From NCBI GenBank assembly GCA_964106915.2, contig OZ066922.1: 64,000 bases of DNA, one strand, 5' to 3'. Below the pieces are notes generated by a model. It was not told the DNA's origin. It saw only the letters and a program-made list of their open reading frames with translations, and searched no databases. Positions 38,267 through 51,407 of this stretch are shown piece by piece. The first letter of the stretch is position 1. The number at the start of each line of letters is the position of its first letter. This DNA comes from Podarcis gaigeae (Eukaryota). The position numbers and the translations under genes are program-made.

Positions 38267-40640
38267 TAATAACTAAAAACCTTTACAACATTGCAATGCA
38301 AATGCAGTGTGTGATATCACATAAATAAGTTACAAAACAACTGGCTGTGCTGACTAAATATGCATTTTAAAATGCTAGTTATACCACAACAATGGAATAC
38401 AAAGGCATGATACCCCCAGATCTTTAAGAACAGAAGATGAAAGATGATTACAAATGATGTGTTTCAAATATCACTTTATTATATTTTTAAAATAAAAATT
38501 ACCTGAGCCCATCAGGATGCAAAGGATGAAGGCAGTTTAAATCTAAACACCTTTGCCATGTGATTTAAGATGCATCTTTTGTAACCATCTATCATCTTCT
38601 GGACGTCAAGATTTTGAACTGTCACAAACAGGATTCAGTTCTAAAACATTATTTTACAAACATCAATGGGTTCATTACAAAAGCTGTAGCTGGTGAGTGC
38701 TGGTGTCTACACGTGATGTGCCAGGGTGGCTGTGTGAATAGGCCCAAACACCCAGACAATGGAAGGAAATTGGCAAAAATGGAGAGATTTCACACCGATA
38801 GTAAAATGACAAAATTCAGTGCTTGCCAATAGTTAGTCATTTGATACAGCTTCCAGACCAAATACATATGCAAAAAAACTATGCCTGATATAGAAATGGA
38901 GCCATGGAAGACCAGCAGGAGGGCTTGTCAGCCTATTCTACTTCGCATGGATGCCATTCTAAAAATGTCACAGTGATATCCATTAAAAAACAACAACATT
39001 AAAAGAACAAAAATCAAACACCATTTTCTCAGCAATTATATGTTCGAAGATGTAATAAATGCAGCTATCTCAAAGCCGCGAGGATGCTAGGCTGGCACTG
39101 GGCAGCGTTCCATTGTTGTCTTTGTTAATGCAGTAATGAGGCATTGTAACACTGCCGCCAACCTGGCATTAGCAGTTATAATACATTTACTGCAAGAGCA
39201 CTGCTGTTTGTAATTAGCTCTTCATTACACAATCAGGCTGATTTAGGAAAAACTCTCTTATGATTTGCTCAGCAAATGAAGCAATATAATTACACCTCAC
39301 TTGAAATCAACAAATTAGGCTGCTATTTGCAATTGGCTGTATTACCTACTATTACCACTCCGGCATTTAAATAACAGAATCCTAATTAAAATACAGCATA
39401 TACTATTGAAATTGCTAGGTGGGTTCCATAGAGGTCACAGTGTGTTGTATTTAAAGAAGAAGTCAAGATTTATGCTTAAGGCATTCTGCATAATTTAGAG
39501 TCTCATCCCATCCCCTCTGAACCTGAGTGATATGTGTAATAAAAAGGGGGAAGAGGGGGCATAGGTTGGGGAGGAGAAACATGTTGGGTTTTCTCCCAGT
39601 GTGTACTACACATCTGGAAATTGAGCATTGGAATTCGTGCTATTGGTGGAAAAAGATGAACACAATCTTGTCAGTCAGTTGCTTTGTTTTTAGCATTATG
39701 TCATAAGAAGGCACCATTTTAGAAACACCCACACTGCAAGAATAAAATAGAAATTAAAACCACAATTCCTTATATGCATTGCAATATGTTTTATTGGGAC
39801 ACTTGGATCTAGTGTTCTTGTGAATGGAACTCCACTCATGGGACAATGCTACTGGAGGAAGGTATGTGTGGGTTTTTGGGTGATTCCTTCTTTCCTCTGA
39901 TGCCCTAAACTCCCTGGAAAGTTGTTTCTAATGGCTGAAGAATCTTTCATGACAACATGAGAGGTGGGCCTGGGGACTGCAGAAGGAATGGGCAAATGTC
40001 TCCTCCATACTTTCTCCAGCAGAAGTCTGTGCTGGATCTCAGCCCCTTCTAAGAACAAACGGAGCTTTTCCAATTGCAGAAGAACAATTCTGGATCAAAC
40101 CCAGTTGCAGAGAAATAAATATTTTCATTTGATTGGATTGTTGTAGAAAAAAAATTGGTTCTTATTTACCAAGTTCAATGAGTTCTGAGGTCTATTGATT
40201 ATTGCCTCCTACTGCAAACCCACAATCATCTAATTATTACAGCTCAGATAACTAGAGCACAGAAACAGAAAAATGTTTGAAGTCCTCAAATTGAAGGTAG
40301 GCTAGATATGGACATTATATCTCACTCAGGTAGCACGGTTTAGAAAAAGCACAGAAGAGCAGTCATCACTGTTAGGATACATGTTTTATGTTAGACTTCA
40401 TTTGTTAATATTTGGAACATTTTCAACAAAACTTAAGTAATAATGTATCACATTTCTGAAATGTGTTAAAGAAAGAATACTTGAAATATGTCTCTGTATT
40501 GTTGTGGTATTCTAATATTAATGTTAATACCAGCACCAGCAACGCTGAATTGGACTAGGACGTTAAAATCAACTTTTTGAATATGGTTAGGAAGCCACTG
40601 ACGCAGAAGCTGGCAATTCAGAATTCTGAACCATAAGGAT

Positions 40641-40893
40641 CAGGGTTCAGCAAACCTTTTCAGCAGGGGGCCGATCCACTGTCCCTCAGACCTTGGGGGG
40701 GGGGGCAGACTATATTTTGGGGGAAAATAATGAACGAATTCCTATGCCCCACAAATAACCCAGAGATGCATTTTAAATAAAAGGACATATTCTACTCATG
40801 TAAAAACAAGCTGATTCCTGGACAGTCTGCGGGCCAGAGTTAGAAAGCAGTTGGGCCAGATCCGGCCCCCGGGCCTTAGTTTGCCTACCCATG
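40641..40893 (+). mobile_element. hAT (Charlie-like) MITE
   Basis: cagggttcagcaaac ... gtttgcctacccatg; TSD ataaggat / atatggat (7/8); inverted second copy at 59134. Confidence 0.85.
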
Positions 40894-42238
40894 ATATGGA
40901 TAGCCTACAAAAGTAGAGGAGGCTCCCAATTACAGAAGTTCCTTGCCTAACACATAAAAATCAATGGATTGGGATGGGGGGTTGGGGAGAGGAGTGCCAG
41001 ACTGACGAGGGCTATAGCTTCTGCTGGTTTCACTGAAACACACTGGATAATCATTTGTAGTCATTATACTGACCCAAATAATTTCACCCCTTTCCTAACA
41101 CTAAGCATAACACAATGCAAATGTAACAAAAAGAAAATTTAGGGTGGGCAGTATTTGTTGAATAGTTTAGTGTTTCTATCATATCCCAAGTGCAAACCAA
41201 AAGCTTCCCCCAATGTGTCAAGAGATAGAAAGGCATGCTGCTGTATGAAAGCCCTGCTATTTCCCTTCCCTTTATTATTGATGCCTTTTATGGTGTGCAG
41301 CAGGAGAATGAGATGGGTTTGCCTGCAAATGTTTTGTAAAGTCAGATACTGCCATCCACATGCTTGAATGTGCAGAGATGCTCCCTGGCGTGCAGCTAAG
41401 CCTTGCTGTTCTGGGTTGTTTGTTTATCTTAAAATACCCCTTTTTATTTGTTTAGGTAAATTATATCTGAAAAATAAAGATAAGTGGTGGCAAAACAGGT
41501 GGCTGTGTGGAAAGCGTGTTTTGTAAGACAACAATCTGATCCCTATCACATGAGAAAATACCAAACAGGGAAGCTAGGTGGCAGAATCCACACAAACAAA
41601 TAATTGGCTTGCAGAGACAAAACTACACTATACGTTGAGACAAGTAATCAAAATTGCCTAATTTTAGAGATGTACAGCTTCCTAGGAAAGGACTAGACTG
41701 GGAGATAAGCTGCTGCCTTCAACTATCTGTCCTGGATGGCAAGTCCATACTTTGAATAAAGATCCAGCAGCAGAATGAATTGAAGACTGGCGCTAATTCT
41801 CCAAGGGGAAAGTAATTTTCTTCCAAGATAAGAAATGCAAACCTGCTATGTTTACACAGCAAGGCTGTTTAATGCGGTTTGGGAAAAGAACCAAATATCT
41901 GAGCTGGTTTCGAAAATAGGTTTAAGAAGCAAAAGCGCTGCTAGCCATTGACTTCTCCCGCTTACCCCACAACATATGTATGCACACCAACACATTTAAG
42001 GCTAGACATAATTACATTTTAATCATGGTTTGAAACCAGCTTCAAATCTAAGTTAGCATTAACCGCATTTACTGACCACATTTGGGTCATCATATCTTGG
42101 TTCAATAAGATGAAAGATGAACAAGTCTTTTGCCTGCACATACAGCAGTTAAACCTGGAAACCTCTTAAAAAGCTATAGTTTTCCATTTTGTTCAAACTG
42201 AGAAGCTATAATTACCAACTTTGAAACAAGCCAATGAT

Positions 42239-42371
42239 TTGTATGAGCCATGATTTTTCTTTCTTTTCCAAACTAGGAATCCAACTGAGGTATTCAACAG
42301 CTAACTTAGTTGCTGAATACCTCAGTTGGATTCCTGGTTTGGAAAAGACAAAAAAATCATGGTTCATACAA
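42239..42371. repeat. 133-bp fold-back inverted repeat
   Basis: 66-bp arms matching 60/66 with a 1-nt spacer at 42305. Confidence 0.9.
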
Positions 42372-42771
42372 CTAGGCCTGAATATACAGACAACAGAACT
42401 TCTTAAGCCAAGATAAAATTCAAAAGTGGCCAATGTGTGCACTGACCTCATGCTTAATGGGAGGAGGAGGAAGAGGAGGATTTGTAATCCAGAAAGGACA
42501 GGCAGGGAAGTAGGAGTACATGATCTTGCTAACTCTTTCAATCATATAATAATCTAACTCAAATATAATAACGAGATCCCCACAATTGCCACTGCACATT
42601 ACTGAGTTTTGGAAAACTGTAAACCCATACAAGAAAAAGACTAAACTCTATAAATTGTCAAGAGTAGAGAGTTGGGGGAGTGGGGAGAAACTCCAATAAT
42701 AAACTAGCGTTAGAGAGAAAAATATAGTACTCATCTCTATGCAGAATTTATCAGAAGCTTGCTTTTTACTG

Positions 42772-42825
42772 GTGTGTGCGTGTGTGTGTGTGCATGCGCG
42801 CGTGTGTGTGTACACACACACATGT
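42772..42825. repeat. Compound (TG)/(CG)/(CA) alternating purine-pyrimidine tract
   Basis: 54 uninterrupted alternating R/Y bases. Confidence 0.9.
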
Positions 42826-42833
42826 TCCAAGTA

Positions 42834-43042
42834 CAGTGGACTCTCTGGATACAAATGTAATTCGTTCCAGGGGTCCAAAAATCCACAAGTTGAGGCGCTG
42901 CTTCTGTGCACACTCGCAGCGTGATAGAGCGCTTCTGCACATGCACATGCGGTGAAACCCAGAATAATACACTTCCGGGTTTCTCGCGTTCACAACCCGA
43001 AAGTTACGTTACCTGAAGGTAATATAACCCGAGGGTTCACTG
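42834..43042. mobile_element. Tigger-like MITE, older
   Basis: cagtggactctc ... gagggttcactg with TA flanks; cacttccgggtt core shared with 45088. Confidence 0.78.
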
Positions 43043-45087
43043 TATATAGGTAACCAACTTCTAAGTGGATGAAAACACAGAATCTAGAAGTGGACATTGC
43101 ATCAGATTAGTCTTACAGTTCCTTTTGTAGAGTTTTAACGTTTCAATGTATTTGATTTCTTTGTTCACAGTCTGCAAGCATGTTCGTGACCTATAAGTCA
43201 AGTGTGAATCCCCCTCCCCACCAGATCAAGCTAGTGAGAGCTATAAAAACACTAATTAAAAGACCTGAAAATACTTAGACTATTTATCAGCACCAAGGGA
43301 CCACTTTGAATCTATTATGTATCAAAAAAAAGGTCACACAGTCGATTTTCACAAGGTTTTCCTGGACTAAGCCATCACTTAGTGTCCAGAAAGTCAAAGA
43401 AGGTCTTGGGGGTGGTAAAGGAAAGAGAAGTTAAAGTTCCATAGGGACTGGAAACGCATATAGGTACAATGCAGGTAAAAATATTAGAATCAGGCTGCTT
43501 AATACAATGGCTGAAATTCTGAAGACAGACCACAGCACTTAAGCTCTCTCAAAGCAACAGGTTTAAGCATGGCTTGAGGGTAATGTGATCCCTAAGTAAT
43601 GATAACAGAATATTGAGAATGAAGCTGACTAAAGTCTAATTGGGTGATGTAGCGTACAGGGCAACGCTATGGTTCCGCTGCTATGGATGGACAAATCACT
43701 TCGACGTTTCTCATTTTTCCAATCCACATTTAGTATAATGCATTTTTTAAATGTTATCTTGACTAATATATGCATTTCTAGGCAGACTTTAGCCTAGCAT
43801 ATGCCTGTTTGTATACATTACTTAGCTAGAGAACTGAACTGCAACAGTCAGAGAAGTGTGAATTTTCAAGAATGGGTGCATTTCAGTTTGCACATTGTTT
43901 CAGAAAGTGAGAGTTAGGTAAGATGGCCTTTAAATTCAAGTGTGTTGGATTTCTGCCCCATCCCTATTTCCTACTCTGGGTAAACACTGCACCGGGGATA
44001 GCAGTAGCAGGGCTGGCCCAGGACATTTTATTGTTTTTGGTTCAAAACGGAAGCATATTCCTTCCATTCCATCAAGAGAAGCCGTTTTGAATGGAAGCTG
44101 CATTTCATTCTGATATTAGTCATGGGAAACCAGCTTCCTCCACACCTGAGGACAGCACACTCTGATAGCACAGGTTGGTCAAGAGTGTGGCTGGGGAGGT
44201 TGCTGTTGCCTCCACCCTCCAGCACCTAGTTTTGCAAGCATTGCATAAGGCACTTTTATATGCTAGATGAAGATGTGTGGGAGGGGCACTGTGTACTTGA
44301 TGTGAAAGAGCAGAGTTACTGTGTAGGGGAGCTCTTTCAGATTGCATAATGAACACTGGAGATCAGATACCATTCCCCCTCTACCACCATGTCCCCCCTC
44401 TACCACCATATTACACCTGGTTAGGGCTTAGGCCAAACTCTTAAGCACTTGCAGCAGCAGTAGCAACACTAAAACAACAGTTGAAACACCAAATTCAGCA
44501 CCGCTATACATACTGACAGACATGCCTACAGCATCATTGCCAATCCTATAAACTGTGCAGGTTGTAAGGCTGGGCCTACTCGACTTGCACTTACTTGCAC
44601 GTAATTGAAGAGGAGCACTTACTCTTATGAGCAAGGAACCCCAGTTCCTTCTTTACTACATGGGCACTGTGATATTCTATCACTGTTCCCATGATAAGTC
44701 ACACACTTCTATTCTTGGAGCAGTTTGAGAACTGTTTTAAATGTGGATAAAAAAAACTGTAAACACTGAAGCTTATCACTATATACAGCTCTAAAAAGAG
44801 AGAGGGAACATGTTGCAATGTCACTTGCTTACTCAAAGCAAAGACCCAACTTCCATTTTCCTTTGGGCATTCCTTCTCTCTGGCACAAAAGCTACCATAT
44901 TTACTATGTATAATTGCCTTTGACGCTTTCTGCTTTATTATACTGGTACATCAAGAATCAAGTAGGATTGGAGCTAGTGTTGCCGCAGTACTAATGGGGA
45001 TGATACTTCCATTATTGTCTGTCTACACATAGCATTGAGCAAGATCAAGGCATTTGGAAAAACCAATATGACTATCCAGTAGGAGTA

Positions 45088-45317
45088 CAGTGGTACCTCT
45101 GGTTGTGAAAAGAATCCGTTCTGGAGGCCTGTTTGCAACATGAAATCCCGCAACCTGAAGTGTCGTATCTGCACAGGTGCGCAAAGCACGATTTAGCGCT
45201 TCTGCACATGTGTGAGTGGCGAAACCCAGAAGTAACCCTTTCTGGTACTTCCGGGTCGCTCTGGGATGCAACCTGAAAAAACATATCATGAAGCAAACGT
45301 AACATGAGGTATGACTG
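45088..45317. mobile_element. Tigger-like MITE
   Basis: cagtggtacctc ... gaggtatgactg with TA flanks. Confidence 0.82.
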
Positions 45318-46040
45318 TACTATATTAACACATGCTATATCTGAGTAAGAGATGAAGTGCTCATTATTCACTATTTATCCAGTGCTTTGGTGGTTTCAAG
45401 GCACCTTGTTTATATTAAAAACAATAAGGAATCTTGTGGCATGTTAAAGACTAGCACATTTATTATGCACCAGAGTCCACTCCATCTGCTACTTACATAT
45501 ATTTGCTTCACTGCCGAAATGTAGAGCTATTATAATGGGCTATGAGACAAAGTAACCAGAATCGTTTCAAGTGCTGAATAATAATCTGCTGGGAAGTCAA
45601 AAGATCTTATTATGGAGTCAAGAAAATAGTGCAGAAGTTGAAAATGTAGAACAAGCATCAAAGTATGTTAATCTTGCGGCCAAACTAAGGGCCTCTCCAC
45701 AGAGATCTTCCTGCTATTCTACTCATGTTATGTTAACAATCAGATAGTCTCCAGAGTCTTTAGAATATCTTGTGTAAAGCAACAGCACAATCTATTCAGG
45801 ATGAGGCTTCTCAAGTGCACAATCTTATCAACTGGATGCAGAATACTCTAGCCAGAAAGATAATCTGAGTCAATCCAATGAAACAGATATTCTGCCTTCT
45901 TATAATGGGGTATGCTGTAATTGTAATTGAACTAGATTCTGCAGTTGAGAAAGGCTAAAATTCTGGTCCATTAGTTGAGTATCAAATTTGTTTCCTGTGT
46001 GGAAAATCTAATAAGGTTGAGCTATGAACAATGTCTCATA

Positions 46041-46261
46041 CAGTGGTACCTTGGGTTAAGAACTTAATTCGTTCCGGAGGTCCGTTCTTAACCTGAAACT
46101 GTTCTTAACCTGAGGTACCACTTTAATTAATATGGCCTCTTGCTGCTGCTGCTGCCATGCGATTTCTGTTCTCATCCTGAAACAAAGTTCTTAACCCAAG
46201 GTACTATTTCTGGGTTAGTGGAGTCTGTAACCTGAAGCATCTGTAACCCGAGGTACCACTG
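46041..46261. mobile_element. Tigger/pogo-like MITE (12350 family, opposite orientation)
   Basis: cagtggtacc TIRs, TA flanks; interior is the reverse complement of the 12350 copy. Confidence 0.92.
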
Positions 46262-46759
46262 TACAACCAATCATAGAGTTTGAGATGCGCAAAATACATG
46301 ATGTCCAAAGTGAAGCTAGTTGAATGATGTTAAAGAATCCATGGCTTGAGTCTGAAATTGTTTATTAAATATCACACAGTTTATATTCAGTGACTTCAAG
46401 GGCGCCTTCATGGCAGATGCTCAAGGATTTTGTTCAGTCTGTATTTGCAAGCAAAACAGCTAAATTCACACTTCCTGGACTAACACACTACACATAACTC
46501 AGTTATTCTTTAGTTTTTGCACTTCTCCATTTCTTTTCAATGTAGCTCTCTGGTTTTAGGTTTCAAAAACCTGTTTTATAATAAAAATGCAAATCAGAAT
46601 TGCATTTTTTAAGAATAAAATTTGTCCAAATACAATCCAAGTTTTCAAAGCAGAAAATTTGGAAATGGTTCAGATTGGATTTATGAATGAACATGGAAAT
46701 AAAATGATCCATTTATAAATGATCCATTTATCCCTACTCACCAGTCAGTCTTATTACAA

Positions 46760-47260
46760 GCTGAGTAGTCAAGAGGGATAAGAAGGAGAAGACTGGGATG
46801 AGGAGGCCTTGGAAGCTGAAGAGGTAACAGGGCTTAGTGAGAAGGGAGAGTCTATGACAGAGAAATGTCCTGAAGCAGAAGTTGGAGAGTAGGATGAGGG
46901 AAGCCCAGAGACAGAGATGAGTCAATCTGGTGAAGAAGCAAGGGTGTCTCCACTCCCAGCCATGGCAAGCTCCCCTCCCCAGGTCTCCCAGGACCAGAAG
47001 AGGCATGAAGCAGGAGAAGCAAAGGAAGGCATGACAGTGTAGTCTCAGAATGCTTGGGAAAGACCCAGGAGATTAGGAGACTTAGGCAGCTCTTGGAAGG
47101 CAGGGACCTTCAGTTTCCATAACTGCCTCATAGGGGCAAAACCTACTGAAGAAGAGTTGCTGTGCTCATTAGGTCCAGCACTCCTGAGAAGATCCTGTTT
47201 CTTCTAATAAGAGGTAACTTGACTTACTTGGTGTGATTTATTGCTGGCTCACTCCTGACA
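46760..47260 (+). mobile_element. Decayed, apparently 5'-truncated LTR with acidic/basic reading frame
   Basis: Ends in ..cctgaca after an aataa-like signal; GA-rich U3 translating as Glu-rich, then SPRTRR; left terminus and TSD not identifiable. Confidence 0.5.
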
Positions 47261-47349
47261 ATGGGCTGGCATTAAAAAATGTAGCAGACAGGATATTGGC
47301 AGAGAGGGCTGTGAGATCACATAAAACATCTCTTCAAGGCAGCTACATT

Positions 47350-47760
47350 GATTGTGTATTAGCTCCTGGGCCCAATTAAAGGCGCACATGTTAGTGTTGA
47401 AAGCCATAAATCATCCGGGCCCCAAATATCTGAAAGCAGGCCTCTTTCACAGTTGCAGGTTTGATCCCTTTTGGGACAGCTGCATATTCCTGCACTGAAG
47501 GGGTGGACTAGATGACCCTCAGGGTCCCTTCCAACTCTACATTTCTATGGTTCCCTATAGACTAGCTCAGGGATTAAGATCAGCGGAGGACAGCCTCCAG
47601 ATGGTTCTACCACTCTCTGAGGTTTGTGGGATACTGGTTTGTGAGAAGGCCTTTTCATTAGTGGGACCCAAAGTGTGGAACTCCTCACAGAGGTGCATCT
47701 GGCAGCATCCCATTACAGTTCCTATCAGCTGCTGAAAACCTTTACCCTGGCCTTTGAAAA
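47350..47760 (+). mobile_element. Old L2-clade fragment carrying a short CR1-tailed SINE-like insert (~47450-47555)
   Basis: aaagccataaat..ggccccaaatatctga..aaggccttttca..gtggaactc; insert ends gggtggactagatgaccctcagggtcccttccaactctac. Confidence 0.55.
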
Positions 47761-50700
47761 CTGAAGAACTGATTTGGTGTCTTCAATGTAATGTGTCGTG
47801 TGGATTTCTCGAGTTATCAGTGGGGTTGGTTCTTACTGCTTTCATTGTCTTTGTGTTTGTTGTATTCTAGTGAAGGGTGTAAGAAAAGCAAACCACCACT
47901 ACCACCAGAAAATGCACAATTTAAAAACCACTTACATAAAACAAACCAATACTGTATAAACATTCAATAGTGGCTCTTTGCTTTCTATTTAAAAGAATGG
48001 TTGAATATTCAACATGGAATGCCCTAAAGCAGCATCATATTTTGGGAGACAATGTCTAAGAAATATTGTTGTGTCCCTGGGATAATTCTATGTCCAATAA
48101 TTGTATGATTTAAGGAGCATTTTAGAGTTTATTTTTCATACTCTGATAGAATACCAGCAACCAGCAAAGTATACTTGCATATCTTGTAACTACTTAACTC
48201 TCTGAAATTCACACAAGCAATGTATTGACCCTCTCCTGATCAGTGTTTATATATATTGTGTGGTGAAGCACAAACTTGTGTTTGCTTCCTATCCAAGAGC
48301 CATTGTATGCAATTTGAGCTTCAGTATCATATCGTAACTGAAAAATATATAATCAAATCTTGTCTATAGTGGTTTCAAATGTAGTATTTTGTATCTTAGT
48401 ACAGCCTTAGTACATACAGTACATATATGAAGTGCAAGCATGCCAGAGTAGTTCTCAAGAATGCACACGGGTACTATTTGCTACTTGCCCTTTTAAAATA
48501 TACGGAAGCAGGATTCTGACCTTTCTTCAGTTCCAGTGATGCCTTCGCAACTGAAACTCTGTGTATTTTGGCATTTGGATTTCCACACCACTATCAAGGG
48601 CTGGGGGAAGAGGATGGACCAGCATGCTTTGCCATACTTAACTTTGCTATCCATTAGGTGATTATTTTTCAGCCATGAACAATTTGTTCGGAGCTTTGCT
48701 CTAGGGTAAACTCATCATGAATCATGTGAAATATAGCCTTCATATCATGCTCTTTTTGCAAGATTTTTACACAGTATGACACACCATTCCTAAGATTCAA
48801 AGACGCACTTCCAGAAACGTAAATGTGTCTATAGGAGATAAATCTACAAGCACAGTAGGAGTGGGAAAGTGTTGGTACATCTGGAACAGATGCTGCATAC
48901 CACTAAACAGACTCTTTTCTGAAATAATTATAGACTATTGAGGAAAAATGTGCTCAGAAAGTGATTTTCACTGAACCACCTGGGAACTGGTTTTGCAGTA
49001 GTTTTGCAGGTAACCAACAGCTCCACAGATCTCAGGCTACAAGTTCTCTACAAAATTTCCTGAAGGGCACTTGGAAACTAACATACCCAAAACTGATTAT
49101 TTACTTCTTTACATTTTAAAAAGTGGCCTTTTGAGGCAAGACCTCAGTAGACAGATTCTTTCACCCAGCCAGCTTAAGCATTCGGGGGCTTTAACTTTCA
49201 CACCTTTTACTTAATTCTTGGGACCAGAAAATTCAACAGGACTGGAAAAGATTCACAACCAGAAGCATAATATTAAAGTAGCAAAATGTATAGTGCAAAA
49301 TATTAGAGCTGAGACAAAAATTCTCAAAGATTAAAAAATAAATAAATAAAATTTCAGATTTTTCTTTTTCTCCCCCCTCTGTAGTCATCTCTCAAAAAAC
49401 AAAGCCTCTTAAAAAGAATTTACTTTCACCACTTCTTGGTGGAAACTGCCATTTCCTCTATCGCCACCCAAAAATGGTCTGGACTGATGTTTGGGACTGC
49501 CAGCACTTGATAGCCTATTCATGCTTTAACGGCTCCTAAACTTTTAAAACGTTCCAAGAGAAACCTATTTGGAATCTGAAGTATGATTAATGTGCTTCCT
49601 GGAAAAATAACACAGAATAAGGAGGAGGGGTAAGAATTTTCCTACCACCATTGCTTTTCTTGGGTTCTAGATGTTTCTAAACTTAAATAAATTCTTATCT
49701 CCATTGTTTAGTCTTTGCACACATTTTAACATGTGCCTCTCATTCAATTGTCACTGCAGAAAACTAGTGATTTGTTACAACTGCAGATGGCGCCATTGGC
49801 ATCAAGAGAGACAGATTGTCAGTTCAATAGGGCTCAGATGATTGTATAGAATAGTCTAGGTGCCCATGTGCCTCTAGAAGCCTGTTTGCACATGGAAATC
49901 CTCTTGTTGGATTGGTGTAATGCTGCCAGATCACAGGAGCTATCAAAACTATTACCACCATCCTAGATGGACAAAGACAGGAAAAGAAGAAAATGCACTG
50001 CTGGCTCCCAATTTTGAATGCTTCAGCATTCGATGAAAACTGGAGGTTATAACATGAAAACTGAGATCATTTCATTCCTTGTTTTCTCCCATGCAATAAA
50101 TCTCTCATTTATAACTTGCCCTAAGGTTGCCTGGATTTCATTATTATCACTGCTATAGATTTTTGGCCCACTTTATAAAGGAAAGTGTCTAGATGAATAC
50201 TATATTCTCCTGGTTAATTCTTCGAGCTCTACCTCATACATCATCAATCTCCTTTAAGCCTTTCCTTGTAAAACAGCCAAAATACCAAGAAACAAGGTGC
50301 CTTCTGGGATGAAGATTACATCACTGACTTTTTACCTTGCCCATCAATCATTCTGCTGCAATTCTTCTCGACAGCTACGAGTCCCCAGAAGCAATGCAAA
50401 GCAGGCTGGGGTGGGAATAAAAAAAATCTCTCGTTTTTTATCTCCCTGAAACTTCTGTATCAGACACACAGAAATGATCAGTTTTGAATCTCTTTGATTT
50501 ATTGTGGCACAACTTAAGTATTTTAATTAGCCCCTGCACTTTCCCAACTCTAACACAGCCAGAGATTCAGATATGCAGGTCATCATTATTAGCTATGCTA
50601 ATTCATTTTCCTCTGCCTATTAAAGCACTTGCAATATTCATGAAAGTTTAAAATAACCTATATTTGAGCTAGTTCTGCATTGAAATCTAGCAATGAATGC

Positions 50701-51023
50701 TTCCCTGTGAAGTTGTGATAAGCTCTAGCTTGTTAAGGTTGAGGAATCAACCTTAATATATACCTTATTTTTCATAAAACATCAGGTTTGAGGCAAACAT
50801 GGGAGTTTTGCACTTAATGAAGGCCATTTAGGCACATTGACTCCAGCTCTGACTGGGTTTACTTCTATTTAACCTAACATAAAGCTCTCTTTCAACAGCC
50901 TTCTCCATGGACTCATGAGATAAAGCAAGATGAAACATATTCACCAGGGCTGGCACGTTGATGAAGCAGCACATGAAAGCTGCTCCTTCCCCAACACACA
51001 CACACAGTCATCAAGGTACATAG

Positions 51024-51407
51024 GATGCGGGTGGCGCTGTGGTCTAAACCACTGAGCCTCTTGGGCTTGCCAGTCAGAAGGTCGGCAGTTTGAATCCCCG
51101 CAACAGGGTGAGCTCCCGTTGCTCGGTCCCAGCTTCTGCCAACCTAGCAGTTCGAAAGCACACCAGTGCAAGTAGATAAATAGGTACTGCTCTGGCGGGA
51201 AGGTAAACAGCATTTCTGTGCACTGCTCTGGTTTCTGTCACAGTGTCCCATTGTGCCAGAAGCGGTTTAGTCATGCTGGCCACATGACCCAAAAAGCTGT
51301 CTGTGGACAAACGCCGGCTCACTTGGCCTGAAAGTGAGATGAGCGCCGCAACCCCATAGTTGCCTTTGACTGGACTTAACCGTCCAGGGGTCCTTTACCT
51401 TTACCTT
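51024..51407 (+). mobile_element. Sauria SINE (Squam1), full length
   Basis: tRNA-like head gatgcgggtggcgctgtggtctaaaccact, B-box-like gtttgaatcc, body aacctagcagttcgaaagca..gtgcaagtagataaataggta, (acctTT)n tail; 7-bp TSD tacatag (51017-51023, 51408-51414). Confidence 0.93.

Noticed and set aside
51024-51100. tRNA gene
   Set aside because: It is the tRNA-derived head of a Sauria SINE; the same applies to the head at 6548.
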